Origin: Candidatus Heimdallarchaeota archaeon
Lineage (GTDB): Archaea; Asgardarchaeota; Heimdallarchaeia; JABLTI01
DNA: 27,093 nt
Assembly (NCBI GenBank): GCA_030614005.1
Contig: JAUWKS010000044.1
Location: 1 to 27,093 of the forward strand
Direction of reading: 5' to 3'
Numbering within the stretch: position 1 is the stretch's first letter; every line of letters begins with the position of its first letter. Positions 7,547 through 17,334 of the stretch are shown here, in pieces. Position numbers and translations under genes: made by a program. The notes beneath the pieces were generated by a model, which had not been told where the DNA came from, searched no databases, and saw nothing but the letters and a program-made list of their open reading frames with translations.

Positions 7547-9934
7547 ATGAAGAAAATTCGATTGGTTTCAATTTCACCCTCTTCAGGTATAGCTTATTAT
7601 ATTTTTAATAATAGACTATTAAGATATAATTTAGAATGTGATAAAACGGAGAAACTAGGGATATCTAAGTCTTTCGAGATTGATCAAGAATCAATTAACT
7701 TATCTTTTACAAATCTAACTCAACTAAAAGAATATGTTGAAGGGTGTTTTCTAAAATATAGAAAAGAATTATATTATATATTATTGTTCACAATAGACTT
7801 ATCTGAAAAACTTCGCAGAAATACTTTAAAAATCCTTAATAAAGATGACTTTGTTAAAATTAATATTTCAAATGATACTATTAATTATATAAATTCAAAA
7901 GCTAATCTTGAATTGGTAATTAAGACGTTTGAAACTATTATTGAGTTAGATTTAGTTAACACTTATTTACAAGTGGTAAATAACTTCAATGAATTATATA
8001 TCGACGTAAGAAAGTTTGCTGAATCAAGTCATTTTATAGATAACATTTCAAACAAATATATACAACTCATTTTAAGTATTATTTTTGACTTTAAATATAA
8101 CATATCATTTATTGAATATAAAAATTCAATCGTACCATTTATTTATATTAGTAAAATATGCAAATACTTGAATATATCCGAATATAATTCAATTAAAAAT
8201 GAATTTGAGCTAAATTATCGATGGAAATCATTATACAATCCGAACATTCCTTTACGATATAAAATACCAGACACTCATTTATATTCAGTTTTTAAAGAGT
8301 CAGTAGCAAAAGCAGGAAATAAACCATTTCTTTATTTTCATGGAAATATAAAGACATATGAAAATTCGGGGAGGGAAGTGAGGAAATTTGCTTCCTCGTT
8401 AAAAAATATCGGTATTGAAAAAGGTGATAGAGTTACATTATTTTTACCTAACTGTCCACAATTTGTTATTAGTCTTCTAAGTATAACATCTTTAGGTGCA
8501 GTAGTTATTACAATTAATCCTTTTTTAACCAATAAAGAAATTCTTTTTCAGCTTAAAAATAGTGGTTCTAGAGCAATTATTACACTAGATATATATTTAG
8601 AAAGAATTCGTGAAATCCGTTCAGAAACTGATTTAGAAAGTGTTATTGTTTCATCTATAACTGATGAATTAAAACCAATACAACAATTTATTTACAAATT
8701 GATAGTCAATCGGAAAAGTTTCAAATTAGCGAAAAATGAGCTTAATTATAAGAATTTAATTAAATATGGTAATGATATAGAGCAAAATACAGCTTTTGAT
8801 CCTCGTGAAGATTTAGCTATTTTACAATACACTGGTGGCATGACAGGTATACCTAAAGGTGCTATGATTACTCATTACAATCTTATTTCCCAAATAACTA
8901 ATCTGGATTATTGGATGGCATATATTGGTACAAGAGATTCAAAGATTCAAGATTCTACATTAGGAGTATTACCTCTCTCCCATTTCTTTGGATTAACTAC
9001 TTCGTTATTATTACCTATTTTTAGATGTGATTCTATTGTACTTATTCCAAATCCAAGAAAACTAAAATACAATATGAAAGCTATACAGAAATATAATATT
9101 ACTTATTTCTTTGGTGTACCAGCTTTCTTCCAAAAATTAGCTGAGCATTCAAAAATAAGAAGATTTAATTGGTCTTCTCTAAGATGCTGTATATCTATGT
9201 ATCCAACATTATATCCTGATACTGTTCGAAATTTCGAAAGCAAAACAAATGCTTTACTTGTTGAGGGTTATGGATTAGCTGAATCAATAGCAATAACCCA
9301 CCTTAATCCTCTTGATAAGGATACAGGTAGACATGGAATTGGAATACCTTTACCTAATTTGGACGTTAAGCTTGTTGATATTAACACTGGCGAAGATATT
9401 CCATTAGATTCGTTCAATGAAGATAATCTTACAAGTGAAGGGGAATTACTAGTAAAAGGTCCTCAAATAATGAAGGGTTATTGGAATCAACAAGATGAAA
9501 CTGATAATGTAATAACCAAAGATGGTTGGTTAAAAACAGGTGTTGTTACTAAAATGAATGATAAGGGTTATTTCTTTATTGTGGATCGGTTAACAGATTG
9601 TATCTACACATTCGGATTCCAAGTATGGCCTTTAGAAGTAGAAACTTGTCTCTGTAATCATCCAGATATTGATATGGCAGCTGCTATACCCGTCAAAGAT
9701 GAAAATTGCAATGAAGTAATTAAAATCTTTATTGTTCAACGTTGGGGTGCACCAAAATACACTCAAGAAGAACTAAGATCTTATTGTAAGGAAAACCTCG
9801 CTCCATACAAAGTTCCTAAATACTTTGAATACCGAGAAAATCTACCACTTTCTCCAGTAGGAAAAGTACTACGCAGACCATTAAGAGAAAACATTGACTT
9901 TGTAATTATAAAGGAAGAGTCCTTATGGGATTGA
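7547..9934 (+). CDS. unknown ~230-aa N-terminal domain fused to a degenerate long-chain acyl-CoA ligase (AMP-binding) domain
   Basis: LQYTGGMTGIPKGAMITHYNL, GYGLAE, KGPQIMKGYW and SPVGKVLRR identify the ANL fold. The conserved TGD reads TGV and GGAPL reads MYPTL. Confidence 0.85.
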   Translation: MKKIRLVSISPSSGIAYYIFNNRLLRYNLECDKTEKLGISKSFEIDQESINLSFTNLTQLKEYVEGCFLKYRKELYYILLFTIDLSEKLRRNTLKILNKDDFVKINISNDTINYINSKANLELVIKTFETIIELDLVNTYLQVVNNFNELYIDVRKFAESSHFIDNISNKYIQLILSIIFDFKYNISFIEYKNSIVPFIYISKICKYLNISEYNSIKNEFELNYRWKSLYNPNIPLRYKIPDTHLYSVFKESVAKAGNKPFLYFHGNIKTYENSGREVRKFASSLKNIGIEKGDRVTLFLPNCPQFVISLLSITSLGAVVITINPFLTNKEILFQLKNSGSRAIITLDIYLERIREIRSETDLESVIVSSITDELKPIQQFIYKLIVNRKSFKLAKNELNYKNLIKYGNDIEQNTAFDPREDLAILQYTGGMTGIPKGAMITHYNLISQITNLDYWMAYIGTRDSKIQDSTLGVLPLSHFFGLTTSLLLPIFRCDSIVLIPNPRKLKYNMKAIQKYNITYFFGVPAFFQKLAEHSKIRRFNWSSLRCCISMYPTLYPDTVRNFESKTNALLVEGYGLAESIAITHLNPLDKDTGRHGIGIPLPNLDVKLVDINTGEDIPLDSFNEDNLTSEGELLVKGPQIMKGYWNQQDETDNVITKDGWLKTGVVTKMNDKGYFFIVDRLTDCIYTFGFQVWPLEVETCLCNHPDIDMAAAIPVKDENCNEVIKIFIVQRWGAPKYTQEELRSYCKENLAPYKVPKYFEYRENLPLSPVGKVLRRPLRENIDFVIIKEESLWD

Positions 9935-9983
9935 AATGAATTGGGGTTTACTTCTAACGATGCACTATCCCGAGAAGCACTGG

Positions 9984-10352
9984 TCAATATTTGATTCTAT
10001 GTTCGGAATGGAGAACGAGCAGCTCAGTTACATCATGCAATTTTAACTCTCGAATAACATCCTCAAGAAGAATATTAACAACGTAATTGTGAGTATAATC
10101 AGCACAGAACTCATTAACAAGGAAGCGCAAACCCTCATCTTCTTCCAAATAAATCTCAAGATAATTTCGAGTACAAACCCAACGGATAAAAACACAGATA
10201 TCTTGATTCCAAATGATTTCACCAAGGATGGCAAGAATTTCATCATCAGGTAGATCATACACCTCTCGAATATCAGTATCGAATTCTACGTGAAATTGTT
10301 CTTCTACTTGATCATTAGTCACTTGACTTTCTAAAGTATGCATTAACATCAA
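9984..10352 (-). CDS. acidic hypothetical protein
   Basis: 122-aa ORF with plausible composition, located downstream of repeat copy 2 on the minus strand. Confidence 0.6.
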   Translation of the reverse strand: MMLMHTLESQVTNDQVEEQFHVEFDTDIREVYDLPDDEILAILGEIIWNQDICVFIRWVCTRNYLEIYLEEDEGLRFLVNEFCADYTHNYVVNILLEDVIRELKLHDVTELLVLHSEHRIKY

Positions 10353-10435
10353 CAGCTATAAACATTAATTGTCCCTGTATGAACACTGCCATTTTTCATT
10401 TAAAAGAAGCTAAATGCAAATAAGTGTGTTAGATG

Positions 10436-10605
10436 AAAGAAAAAAAATGTTGATTAGTGGATGGGCTTCTCAATCCGAAAACCCCATCCCATTTTTCCGT
10501 CTTCTTTCGGGAAACAAGAAGCGTGAAACACATTCACTTCTTGTTAAGAAACAGTAGAACTTTCTCTTAATTAATATTCTCTGGAAACATTCAGACAGAA
10601 ATTAG
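10436..10605. repeat. structured dispersed repeat, copy 2 left part
   Basis: Homologous to 1081-1269. The stem AACAAGAAG 10513-10521/CTTCTTGTT 10537-10545 replaces the copy-1 stem sequence while keeping pairing. Confidence 0.9.
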
Positions 10606-10731
10606 CCTGTGAAAAAAGTAATAAATCTTCATGTAATCAACTATATTAGAAGAATCGAATTTCATCCAAGTTTGTTCTGGAAAATTTGGTTCTTTATTAG
10701 AATTAGGCTTGTTGTAATTAGAGGGTTTATT

Positions 10732-11649
10732 ATGTGTGCAAGTTTTGGTATAAAAAAAGGAAATTGTAGAGTTATTGTTGATGTTCAGTCACAAGATATT
10801 AGAGGTGAAGGATCTGAATTTCCCAGAATTATTATTCCACTGAAAATTGCTGGAGAAACTTCAAAAACTGAAATCCATTATACTTTGATGACAATCCAGG
10901 GCGAGATAATAGTTCGGGGTGATAGTAAACATTTTACTATTGGTAAATTTAGCGAAAATGCTACTTTAAAAATTGAGTCAGCGAGAGGTGAAAGAAGCGT
11001 AATACTTTCAATACCAATTAATTTTTGGGCTTTAGAAAAGATCGAACAGATTAGAAAAGAAGATTTAAGTCTCACACTTGATTGTAATTTCAATTATCTA
11101 TTATGGGATAAAAGATATAATCGCGCTGATTTTTCAACAACAGATAATCAGAGTATTAGATTTACTATTCCACAATCAAATTGGTTAAAAATATTGAAAA
11201 ATACTGGTTTTACCAACATAAAAATTCTTGAGATAGTTATTCCAGAAGCTTTTAGTGATGAGAAATTTGACATAATGGTTAAACATCTTAAGGTTGCCAA
11301 CGATTTTATACTTAAAGGAGATTATGAGTCAGCAGTTAAAGAATGTAGACTAGCAATAGAACCAATACCTAATCTTTTACCAACAGAGAAAATAACTAAC
11401 AAGGATGGTAAGCCACCATCTTTTAAGGATAGACTAAACCAATTTTGTAAAGAGCATATTCAATCTTCAATTGGTAAAGAAAAGACAAAAATGTTGGTTA
11501 AAACAATTTGGAGTTTTTCCTCACAATTTCATCATTCAGATACTCCAAAAAAGACAAAGAAAACTGATATATCCAGAACTGATGCTGAATTTATCATTCA
11601 CACCACTTCAGGAATTATTGCTTATCTTGGAAAAATCCTATCACAATGA
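10732..11649 (+). CDS. Abi_C/HEPN-like abortive-infection protein
   Basis: C-terminal helical pattern ANDFILKGDYESAVKECRLAIE...SSQFHH...ISRTDAEFIIHTTSGIIAYL. ATG 10732 follows GAGGGT and is preferred over GTG 10609. Confidence 0.55.
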   Translation: MCASFGIKKGNCRVIVDVQSQDIRGEGSEFPRIIIPLKIAGETSKTEIHYTLMTIQGEIIVRGDSKHFTIGKFSENATLKIESARGERSVILSIPINFWALEKIEQIRKEDLSLTLDCNFNYLLWDKRYNRADFSTTDNQSIRFTIPQSNWLKILKNTGFTNIKILEIVIPEAFSDEKFDIMVKHLKVANDFILKGDYESAVKECRLAIEPIPNLLPTEKITNKDGKPPSFKDRLNQFCKEHIQSSIGKEKTKMLVKTIWSFSSQFHHSDTPKKTKKTDISRTDAEFIIHTTSGIIAYLGKILSQ

Positions 11650-11652
11650 AAA

Positions 11653-11729
11653 AAATTAGACGCTTAAAAAGAAAACGAGGGAGAGTATACTGGGATAATA
11701 ATGAATGACAGTAAAGAAAAACAAATGAA
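11653..11729. repeat. structured dispersed repeat, copy 2 right part (RBS plus relic start MNDSKEKQMK)
   Basis: Homologous to 1263-1339. Confidence 0.85.
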
Positions 11730-11734
11730 GTGTA

Positions 11735-12316
11735 TTGAAAATGGAAGTAGAAGAATCAAATAATGAAATAGAAGAAAACGAAAAACCAAAAGTGAAGAAG
11801 TGGCAAATAATCACTGTAATTTCAATAATATCCTTACTTCTCGCAAGTGCATTTTTTTCTGGTGGGGTTTTACTAGGACATAAACTCTATCGAATTGAGG
11901 AATATAATAACGATTGGATAATAAAAAATTCGCTCCATTACGTTGGGGTTAGTTATGTAAATGGGTCACATCATTCTACAATACACTATAATCGTTTGTG
12001 GGAGGATCAACCAGAATTACTCTACCTTCAATTTTGGGATAATGATCCAAAAGATAGGAACAACCCAGAATGTTTTGATTTATATGTTGGAAATAACACT
12101 TACGCATATCAGATAGTAAACATTTCACTAGCCTTCTCGAAATATCTAACAACTAGAAACTATCTAAAATTTGAATTTTATAGTTACGAATTCAATCCTG
12201 TTACCAGTATAGGAATAAACCCACAGTTTATCTATGGAGATAAAAATGTTAAGAATGGAACTCTTACATTGGAATCATCAAATGTTACATTCATTGAATA
12301 CAGAATTATGTACTAA
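11735..12316 (+). CDS. single-pass membrane protein
   Basis: Acidic N-terminus, one TM (WQIITVISIISLLLASAFFSGGVLLG), then a beta-rich ectodomain. ATG 11741 is likely. Confidence 0.7.
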   Translation: MKMEVEESNNEIEENEKPKVKKWQIITVISIISLLLASAFFSGGVLLGHKLYRIEEYNNDWIIKNSLHYVGVSYVNGSHHSTIHYNRLWEDQPELLYLQFWDNDPKDRNNPECFDLYVGNNTYAYQIVNISLAFSKYLTTRNYLKFEFYSYEFNPVTSIGINPQFIYGDKNVKNGTLTLESSNVTFIEYRIMY

Positions 12317-12376
12317 ATATCTAACAAATTTATTCATAAAATCAATTATTAGTGATACCATTTTAGTAAAAATACT

Positions 12377-12550
12377 ATTGTAATAGTCTTAGAAGAGAAG
12401 ACACTACGATTCTGTCCGAACTGTGGCAATCTAGTAAGACTAAAACTAAAAGAGCACAAATATTATCAAAATTTCTATATGTGTCCTATCTGCGGAGATA
12501 CCGTCTTATCAAAAGGAATGATACGAAATCCGTTTAGAGGAGCACAATAG
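12377..12550 (+). CDS. small zinc-ribbon protein, not in ORF track (start codon unclear)
   Basis: Translation ...LRFCPNCGNLVRLKLKEHKYYQNFYMCPICGDTVLSKGMIRNPFRGAQ* has two CxxC pairs. No in-frame ATG/GTG/TTG upstream of the first CxxC. Confidence 0.55.
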   Translation: MVIVLEEKTLRFCPNCGNLVRLKLKEHKYYQNFYMCPICGDTVLSKGMIRNPFRGAQ

Positions 12551-12598
12551 GGGAAAAGGATAATTACCAAATCAAATACAATAGATTCAGTGATAATC

Positions 12599-12820
12599 AT
12601 GTATAGTTCAGAGAAATTTTCAAAATTAAATTGGGAATATATAGAGCAAAACAGTAAACCATCTACAAGTAACGATTATATTAGAAGAGCAAAAGTTCCT
12701 GGAGGGTGGTTAGTTGAGAGTTATGTACGTGGGAGACCCCCTGATGGGTTATGATTTGGAGTAGGACTAACATTCATACCTGATCCACAACATAGGTGGA
12801 ATACAGCGAGCTATAAGTAA
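12599..12820 (+). pseudogene. small conserved hypothetical (RAKVPGGWLV...TFIPDP.H.W type) with an in-frame TGA
   Basis: MYSSEKFSKLNWEY...RRAKVPGGWLVESYVRGRPPDGL*FGVGLTFIPDPQHRWNTASYK*, with TGA at 12752-12754. The protein-like motif continues past the stop. Confidence 0.65.
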
Positions 12821-12828
12821 GTTGAGAA

Positions 12829-13065
12829 TTATTCCCACTTTCTATCATCCTTGGGGATAATTAACCGAGTAACTTGGATAACTACACCACAAACAGGACA
12901 AGCAAAGTGCAGGTAAGCAACTTCACGTTTAACAAAGATGAAAATATTAAACTGACCACACTTAGAACAGAGACGCATAGTTTTCTGTAATTCTCGGACT
13001 TCATACCGATGGAATTGTTCTTTCTCTGTTTCTCTCCAACGTGGACGGTAGGAACCATGAGCCAT
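12829..13065 (-). CDS. small zinc-ribbon protein
   Basis: CSKC...CPVC pairs. Confidence 0.6.
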   Translation of the reverse strand: MAHGSYRPRWRETEKEQFHRYEVRELQKTMRLCSKCGQFNIFIFVKREVAYLHFACPVCGVVIQVTRLIIPKDDRKWE

Positions 13066-13305
13066 AGAAAATCACGAGTGATTTTATTATTAAAACAAAA
13101 TAAAGTCCAAGCTCAGAGATATCAGAAAGTAATCTATACTCAGGAAATCTTTGCCAAAGAAAAAAGATTTGATGTGAAAAGAAGAACACTTTCGAGCAAA
13201 TTAACACCTTAGAGCACCAAGAAAGTATAGGTAGAAAGGATGTGTTTTCATAAACTTCATAAATTCTCAAATAGATAAGCATGAGTAAAAGGATTGAGGA
13301 TTTAA

Positions 13306-16300
13306 ATGACTATTTTTGAAAAGAATAATTTCCTTAAAATCTTCATTAGTTCAACATTTAGAGATTTAAGAAATTTTAGACAAGAAATTATTAAAGATTT
13401 AGATCATTGTTTTTCTATTGCTGCTATGGAAAGCTTCATCCCTTCTGGGAAACATTCACAAGAAGTTATAGTTCAAGAATTGAAATCAAGTGATATTGTT
13501 TTATTTTTTATTTCTTCATATTATGGAACTGTAATGGATAGATGCCGCATGCAGAATGATTGTAAATCCAAATGCGGAGCTAAAAATAACAAACAAATAT
13601 CATTTACTCGTTGTGAATATAGATATACAAATTCAATAAATCAAAATCACTCAACATATAAAATTAGAGATGATGGTTGGAATGAATTGGAAGATACATC
13701 GCCATCATTGGAATTCTTAGAAGAAATAGAAGGAAATGAGAATTGTGCATATATAACAACTGAAGATTATGAAAGGGTTTTACATGATCTTGTACACAAT
13801 ATAATAGCTTGGTATAGTTGTAATAATCTACATTTTGGTCGATTTTGCGGTAGACGAGAAGAACTAAGTGCATTATTTGAAAAAATTAAAAATAATAATG
13901 TAGTTGAAATTGTAGGAATAGGTGGTGTAGGTAAAACAACATTATGTGAAATACAATTATTATTATTCAGTTTATTAGGAAAACAAATTTACTATATAAG
14001 TCAAGAAGATTTTTATGTATCTGGAACAGGATATGATTTTTTTCCGAAAAATGTGCCTATTTATAGAACTAAAAACTTAACGCTTGACGATTTCGCTAGA
14101 TGTTTGAAACTTCCAGAAAATGTTTTAAAATTGGAAAGTAATCTAAAAAAGAAATTAATCATTGAGCTTTTGGACAAAGATAAGGGATCAATATTATTTA
14201 TCGATAGTATAAAGATGAATAAACATCTCAGTGAGTTTATTAGAGAATGTCAAAATTACCTAAAGAAAAGCTGTTTCTTGTTTTCTTCTAAGACTGATTG
14301 TGGAATTGCTTCGGAACGATTAAAAATCAATCCAATAAATGATTCTGAAGACCAGTTTGAATTACTTAGAATTTTTTTGGAAAAACTTGGATTACATGAG
14401 AACATTCCTAAAAACACAAAAATTAGGATTGTGAATTTAGCAGAAGGTCATCCAATTGCAACATATCTTCTTGTGAGTAATTATAATAGAATAGATTTTG
14501 AAACCATTGAGAGATTTAGGAATAGCTGTGATTTTTCTAAAGAAGATGACGTTAAAGAATATCTTTTAAGAGTAATACAAGAAGGATTGAAAAGTGATTT
14601 TTCTTTCACACTATTAAGTAATCTTGCAGTAATTGATGATATAATTGAGTATGAGATTATTTTAGATGCAGTAAAACAAACATTTCCTAATTCTTCCGAC
14701 TCATTATCGATAAATGCATTTAATGAAATAATTGATGCATTTTTAATGAAAAGAGAAAATGGCAAATTACTTTGGTGCTTAAATCAAATAAATGAGATAT
14801 TATACAGTGATATTGAAGAAAATCATATTATTGCTGTTAAATACTATGAAACTTTAGAATCAACAACATCACTTATTGATTTTGAATTAAAGAAATATAT
14901 CCATCAGTTAAAGAGTGGAATTAATAACAATATCAAAGATAAGTTTCTAAAATATGCTTCCGAAATCTCAACAATTCCTATTTTTCAAAATAAAAAGACA
15001 TTAAATCTTATGATAATATTAGGTGAAACTTTAATTGACAAAGTAGATGATAATCATTTAGCTTATATCTATGCTTATCTAGGACAGTTGCATGAAAACA
15101 TAACTGGTATGGGGTTTGAAGGAAAAAGTTTCTCATGTAGAAAAGCCATTGAATTTTACAGTAGAGCATTGGAATATTTTGGTTTGAGAAAAAATTCGTA
15201 TAATAATGCTAATACAAGAAACAGTATAGCAAATTCTTATAGAATGCTAGCAGAAATCGAAAATCGAGAAGAAAATTGCGAAAGAGCATTAAATATGTGC
15301 AAAGAAGCTATGATTGATTTTCCTAGTGAAATTTATCCTGAGTTATATTTTATATTTAAAATCAATCAAGGATTAACATATCAAACCTTATCCATTTCGT
15401 CTGATCGAAAAAAAAACTGTAAGAAAGCACTAAGAGCCTTTAATGAAGCACTAGAGTTTTACACAAAATCAAATTATCCATTAGATTATGCATTAATTCA
15501 AAACAATCTCGGAAATGCTTATCAAACTCTAGCTGAAATTGATAGAAGAGTCACTAATTCTAAAAATGCTATATCAGCATTCTCAGAGTCTCTGAAAATT
15601 TATACAAAAGACAAATACCCACAAGATTATGCAAATGGCAAACATAACATAGGTTCTGTTTACCATATTTTGTTTGACTTGGATGGCAATGAAAAGATTT
15701 TTGTAAATTCAATAAATGCATATAGAGAAGCTCTAAAAATAAGAACAAAGAGAAAGTATCCCTTTTTATATGCAGAAACTCAAGGTAATTTATCATCTCT
15801 TCTTATTAGTTACATAAATAAAAATGAAAGTCTGAAAACATGCAAGTTAGCTCTATACATAACACAAGAAGCTATATCAATTAATACAAAAGATATAAAT
15901 CAATATAGCTATGCCCAACAAAATTTGAAACTTGGGTTTATTTTTATGGTATTATCGAGATATGAGAATACAGAGGAGAATTTAGAGAAATCTCGATTAG
16001 CATTAGAAGAAGCTTTAACCATCTTCACGGTGGAAAATTATCCCTACCACTATGGAAATGTAATGATATCCTATGGAAATTATTATCGCGAAATGGCAAA
16101 ATTTGAGAAAAACAAGACTAGGTTTTATGATGCCATAGAAGCATTCGAAATTGCTAAGGAGATTTTTAATGAAGAAGGATATCCGATTCAATTTGGAAAA
16201 ATAAATATTAATATGGGCAATGTCTTCATAACATTAGCAAAACACGAAAAAAAAGCTGTTAATTGCAAGAAAGCAATAGATTGTATAGCATCAGCGATAG

Positions 16301-16407
16301 AAGCATTCGGTGATAGATATCCTGATTTACGGAAGTTGGCAATGGATGATTTTAATCAATTCAAAGTATTTTGTTCAGATTTGAGAAATTCCTTCGAAAA
16401 TATATAA
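13306..16407 (+). CDS. DUF4062-STAND (NB-ARC-like) NTPase-TPR protein, NLR/Avs-like
   Basis: N-terminal IFISSTFRDL...AAMESF...SDIVLFFISSYYG...TRCEY (DUF4062). Walker A GIGGVGKTT, Walker B ILFID. Repeated YP.DYA.IQNNLGNAYQTL TPRs. Confidence 0.9.
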   Translation: MTIFEKNNFLKIFISSTFRDLRNFRQEIIKDLDHCFSIAAMESFIPSGKHSQEVIVQELKSSDIVLFFISSYYGTVMDRCRMQNDCKSKCGAKNNKQISFTRCEYRYTNSINQNHSTYKIRDDGWNELEDTSPSLEFLEEIEGNENCAYITTEDYERVLHDLVHNIIAWYSCNNLHFGRFCGRREELSALFEKIKNNNVVEIVGIGGVGKTTLCEIQLLLFSLLGKQIYYISQEDFYVSGTGYDFFPKNVPIYRTKNLTLDDFARCLKLPENVLKLESNLKKKLIIELLDKDKGSILFIDSIKMNKHLSEFIRECQNYLKKSCFLFSSKTDCGIASERLKINPINDSEDQFELLRIFLEKLGLHENIPKNTKIRIVNLAEGHPIATYLLVSNYNRIDFETIERFRNSCDFSKEDDVKEYLLRVIQEGLKSDFSFTLLSNLAVIDDIIEYEIILDAVKQTFPNSSDSLSINAFNEIIDAFLMKRENGKLLWCLNQINEILYSDIEENHIIAVKYYETLESTTSLIDFELKKYIHQLKSGINNNIKDKFLKYASEISTIPIFQNKKTLNLMIILGETLIDKVDDNHLAYIYAYLGQLHENITGMGFEGKSFSCRKAIEFYSRALEYFGLRKNSYNNANTRNSIANSYRMLAEIENREENCERALNMCKEAMIDFPSEIYPELYFIFKINQGLTYQTLSISSDRKKNCKKALRAFNEALEFYTKSNYPLDYALIQNNLGNAYQTLAEIDRRVTNSKNAISAFSESLKIYTKDKYPQDYANGKHNIGSVYHILFDLDGNEKIFVNSINAYREALKIRTKRKYPFLYAETQGNLSSLLISYINKNESLKTCKLALYITQEAISINTKDINQYSYAQQNLKLGFIFMVLSRYENTEENLEKSRLALEEALTIFTVENYPYHYGNVMISYGNYYREMAKFEKNKTRFYDAIEAFEIAKEIFNEEGYPIQFGKININMGNVFITLAKHEKKAVNCKKAIDCIASAIEAFGDRYPDLRKLAMDDFNQFKVFCSDLRNSFENI

Positions 16408-16500
16408 GCTATGAAAGCTATATATTAGCATTGGATTTTTCTCACTTCAATAATTTGCCATTTTATTCACTTCTTATGCTCTTCTTTAATGACATTTTAA

Positions 16501-17043
16501 TTATTTTCTCAATTTTTGTGATTTTCTCTTAGAATTTTTTCTCCTACTAAACAGAAAACTCCAAATCAAAAATAGTACAAGTGGAAATGAAAAAAATTCT
16601 GACACACCTAAAATTTTAGTTTCATTTGTTGGATCTAAACTTGTTGGTGGTATTGTAACACTTGGAATATGTAATGAATCAAATCTACTTAGATTAATTG
16701 TTACCAAACTATAATCTTCATCTGCCCAAACAGTGATTCTATAGCTGAAATTTAATGGATCAATATCAATTTCTCTTGCAAAGCTTACGCTTGTAACATT
16801 AACTTCATTGTATTGATTTCCTTGATAATCAATGACATCCCAACTAATATTATTAGGTGTAATTTCCTCTTGAGAACTATCTATTACTACACTATTTAAA
16901 ACCAAACGTGTATTATAGCATCTTTCAGAGCAAACTAATTCTCTCCATCCAGTTGTTATTATACCAACTCCTGAAAAAGTTCCTGAATTGGGAATTAATA
17001 AAGTTGAGATTATTAATAATACTGGTAAAATTTTTTGAATCAT
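16501..17043 (-). CDS. secreted, C-terminally anchored surface protein
   Basis: N-terminal signal peptide, then a Pro/Thr linker, then VSEF+TM+basic tail resembling PEF-CTERM-like sorting signals. Confidence 0.7.
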   Translation of the reverse strand: MIQKILPVLLIISTLLIPNSGTFSGVGIITTGWRELVCSERCYNTRLVLNSVVIDSSQEEITPNNISWDVIDYQGNQYNEVNVTSVSFAREIDIDPLNFSYRITVWADEDYSLVTINLSRFDSLHIPSVTIPPTSLDPTNETKILGVSEFFSFPLVLFLIWSFLFSRRKNSKRKSQKLRK

Positions 17044-17334
17044 TCTATTTCCTCAATTCAATATTGTTTTTCTTAAATATAAATACACAAATTTGGATTT
17101 AATTCTTGGTATTATATATAATATACAAGTCTAGTTTAAGTATGTTCAAATACAACATTTGATTGAATTGAAAAGTATCTTGTCAATTATTGGTAAATTA
17201 AATATAAACAAATACTGCTAAGTAAGTAAAAAATGAAAAAGCTTTTATTATTTTTCTCTTAAATTTTCTTTGGCAATAATACTTTCAAAATAGATTATTT
17301 TATTGCAATAATAAGGAAATGAAATATCTCTTTA

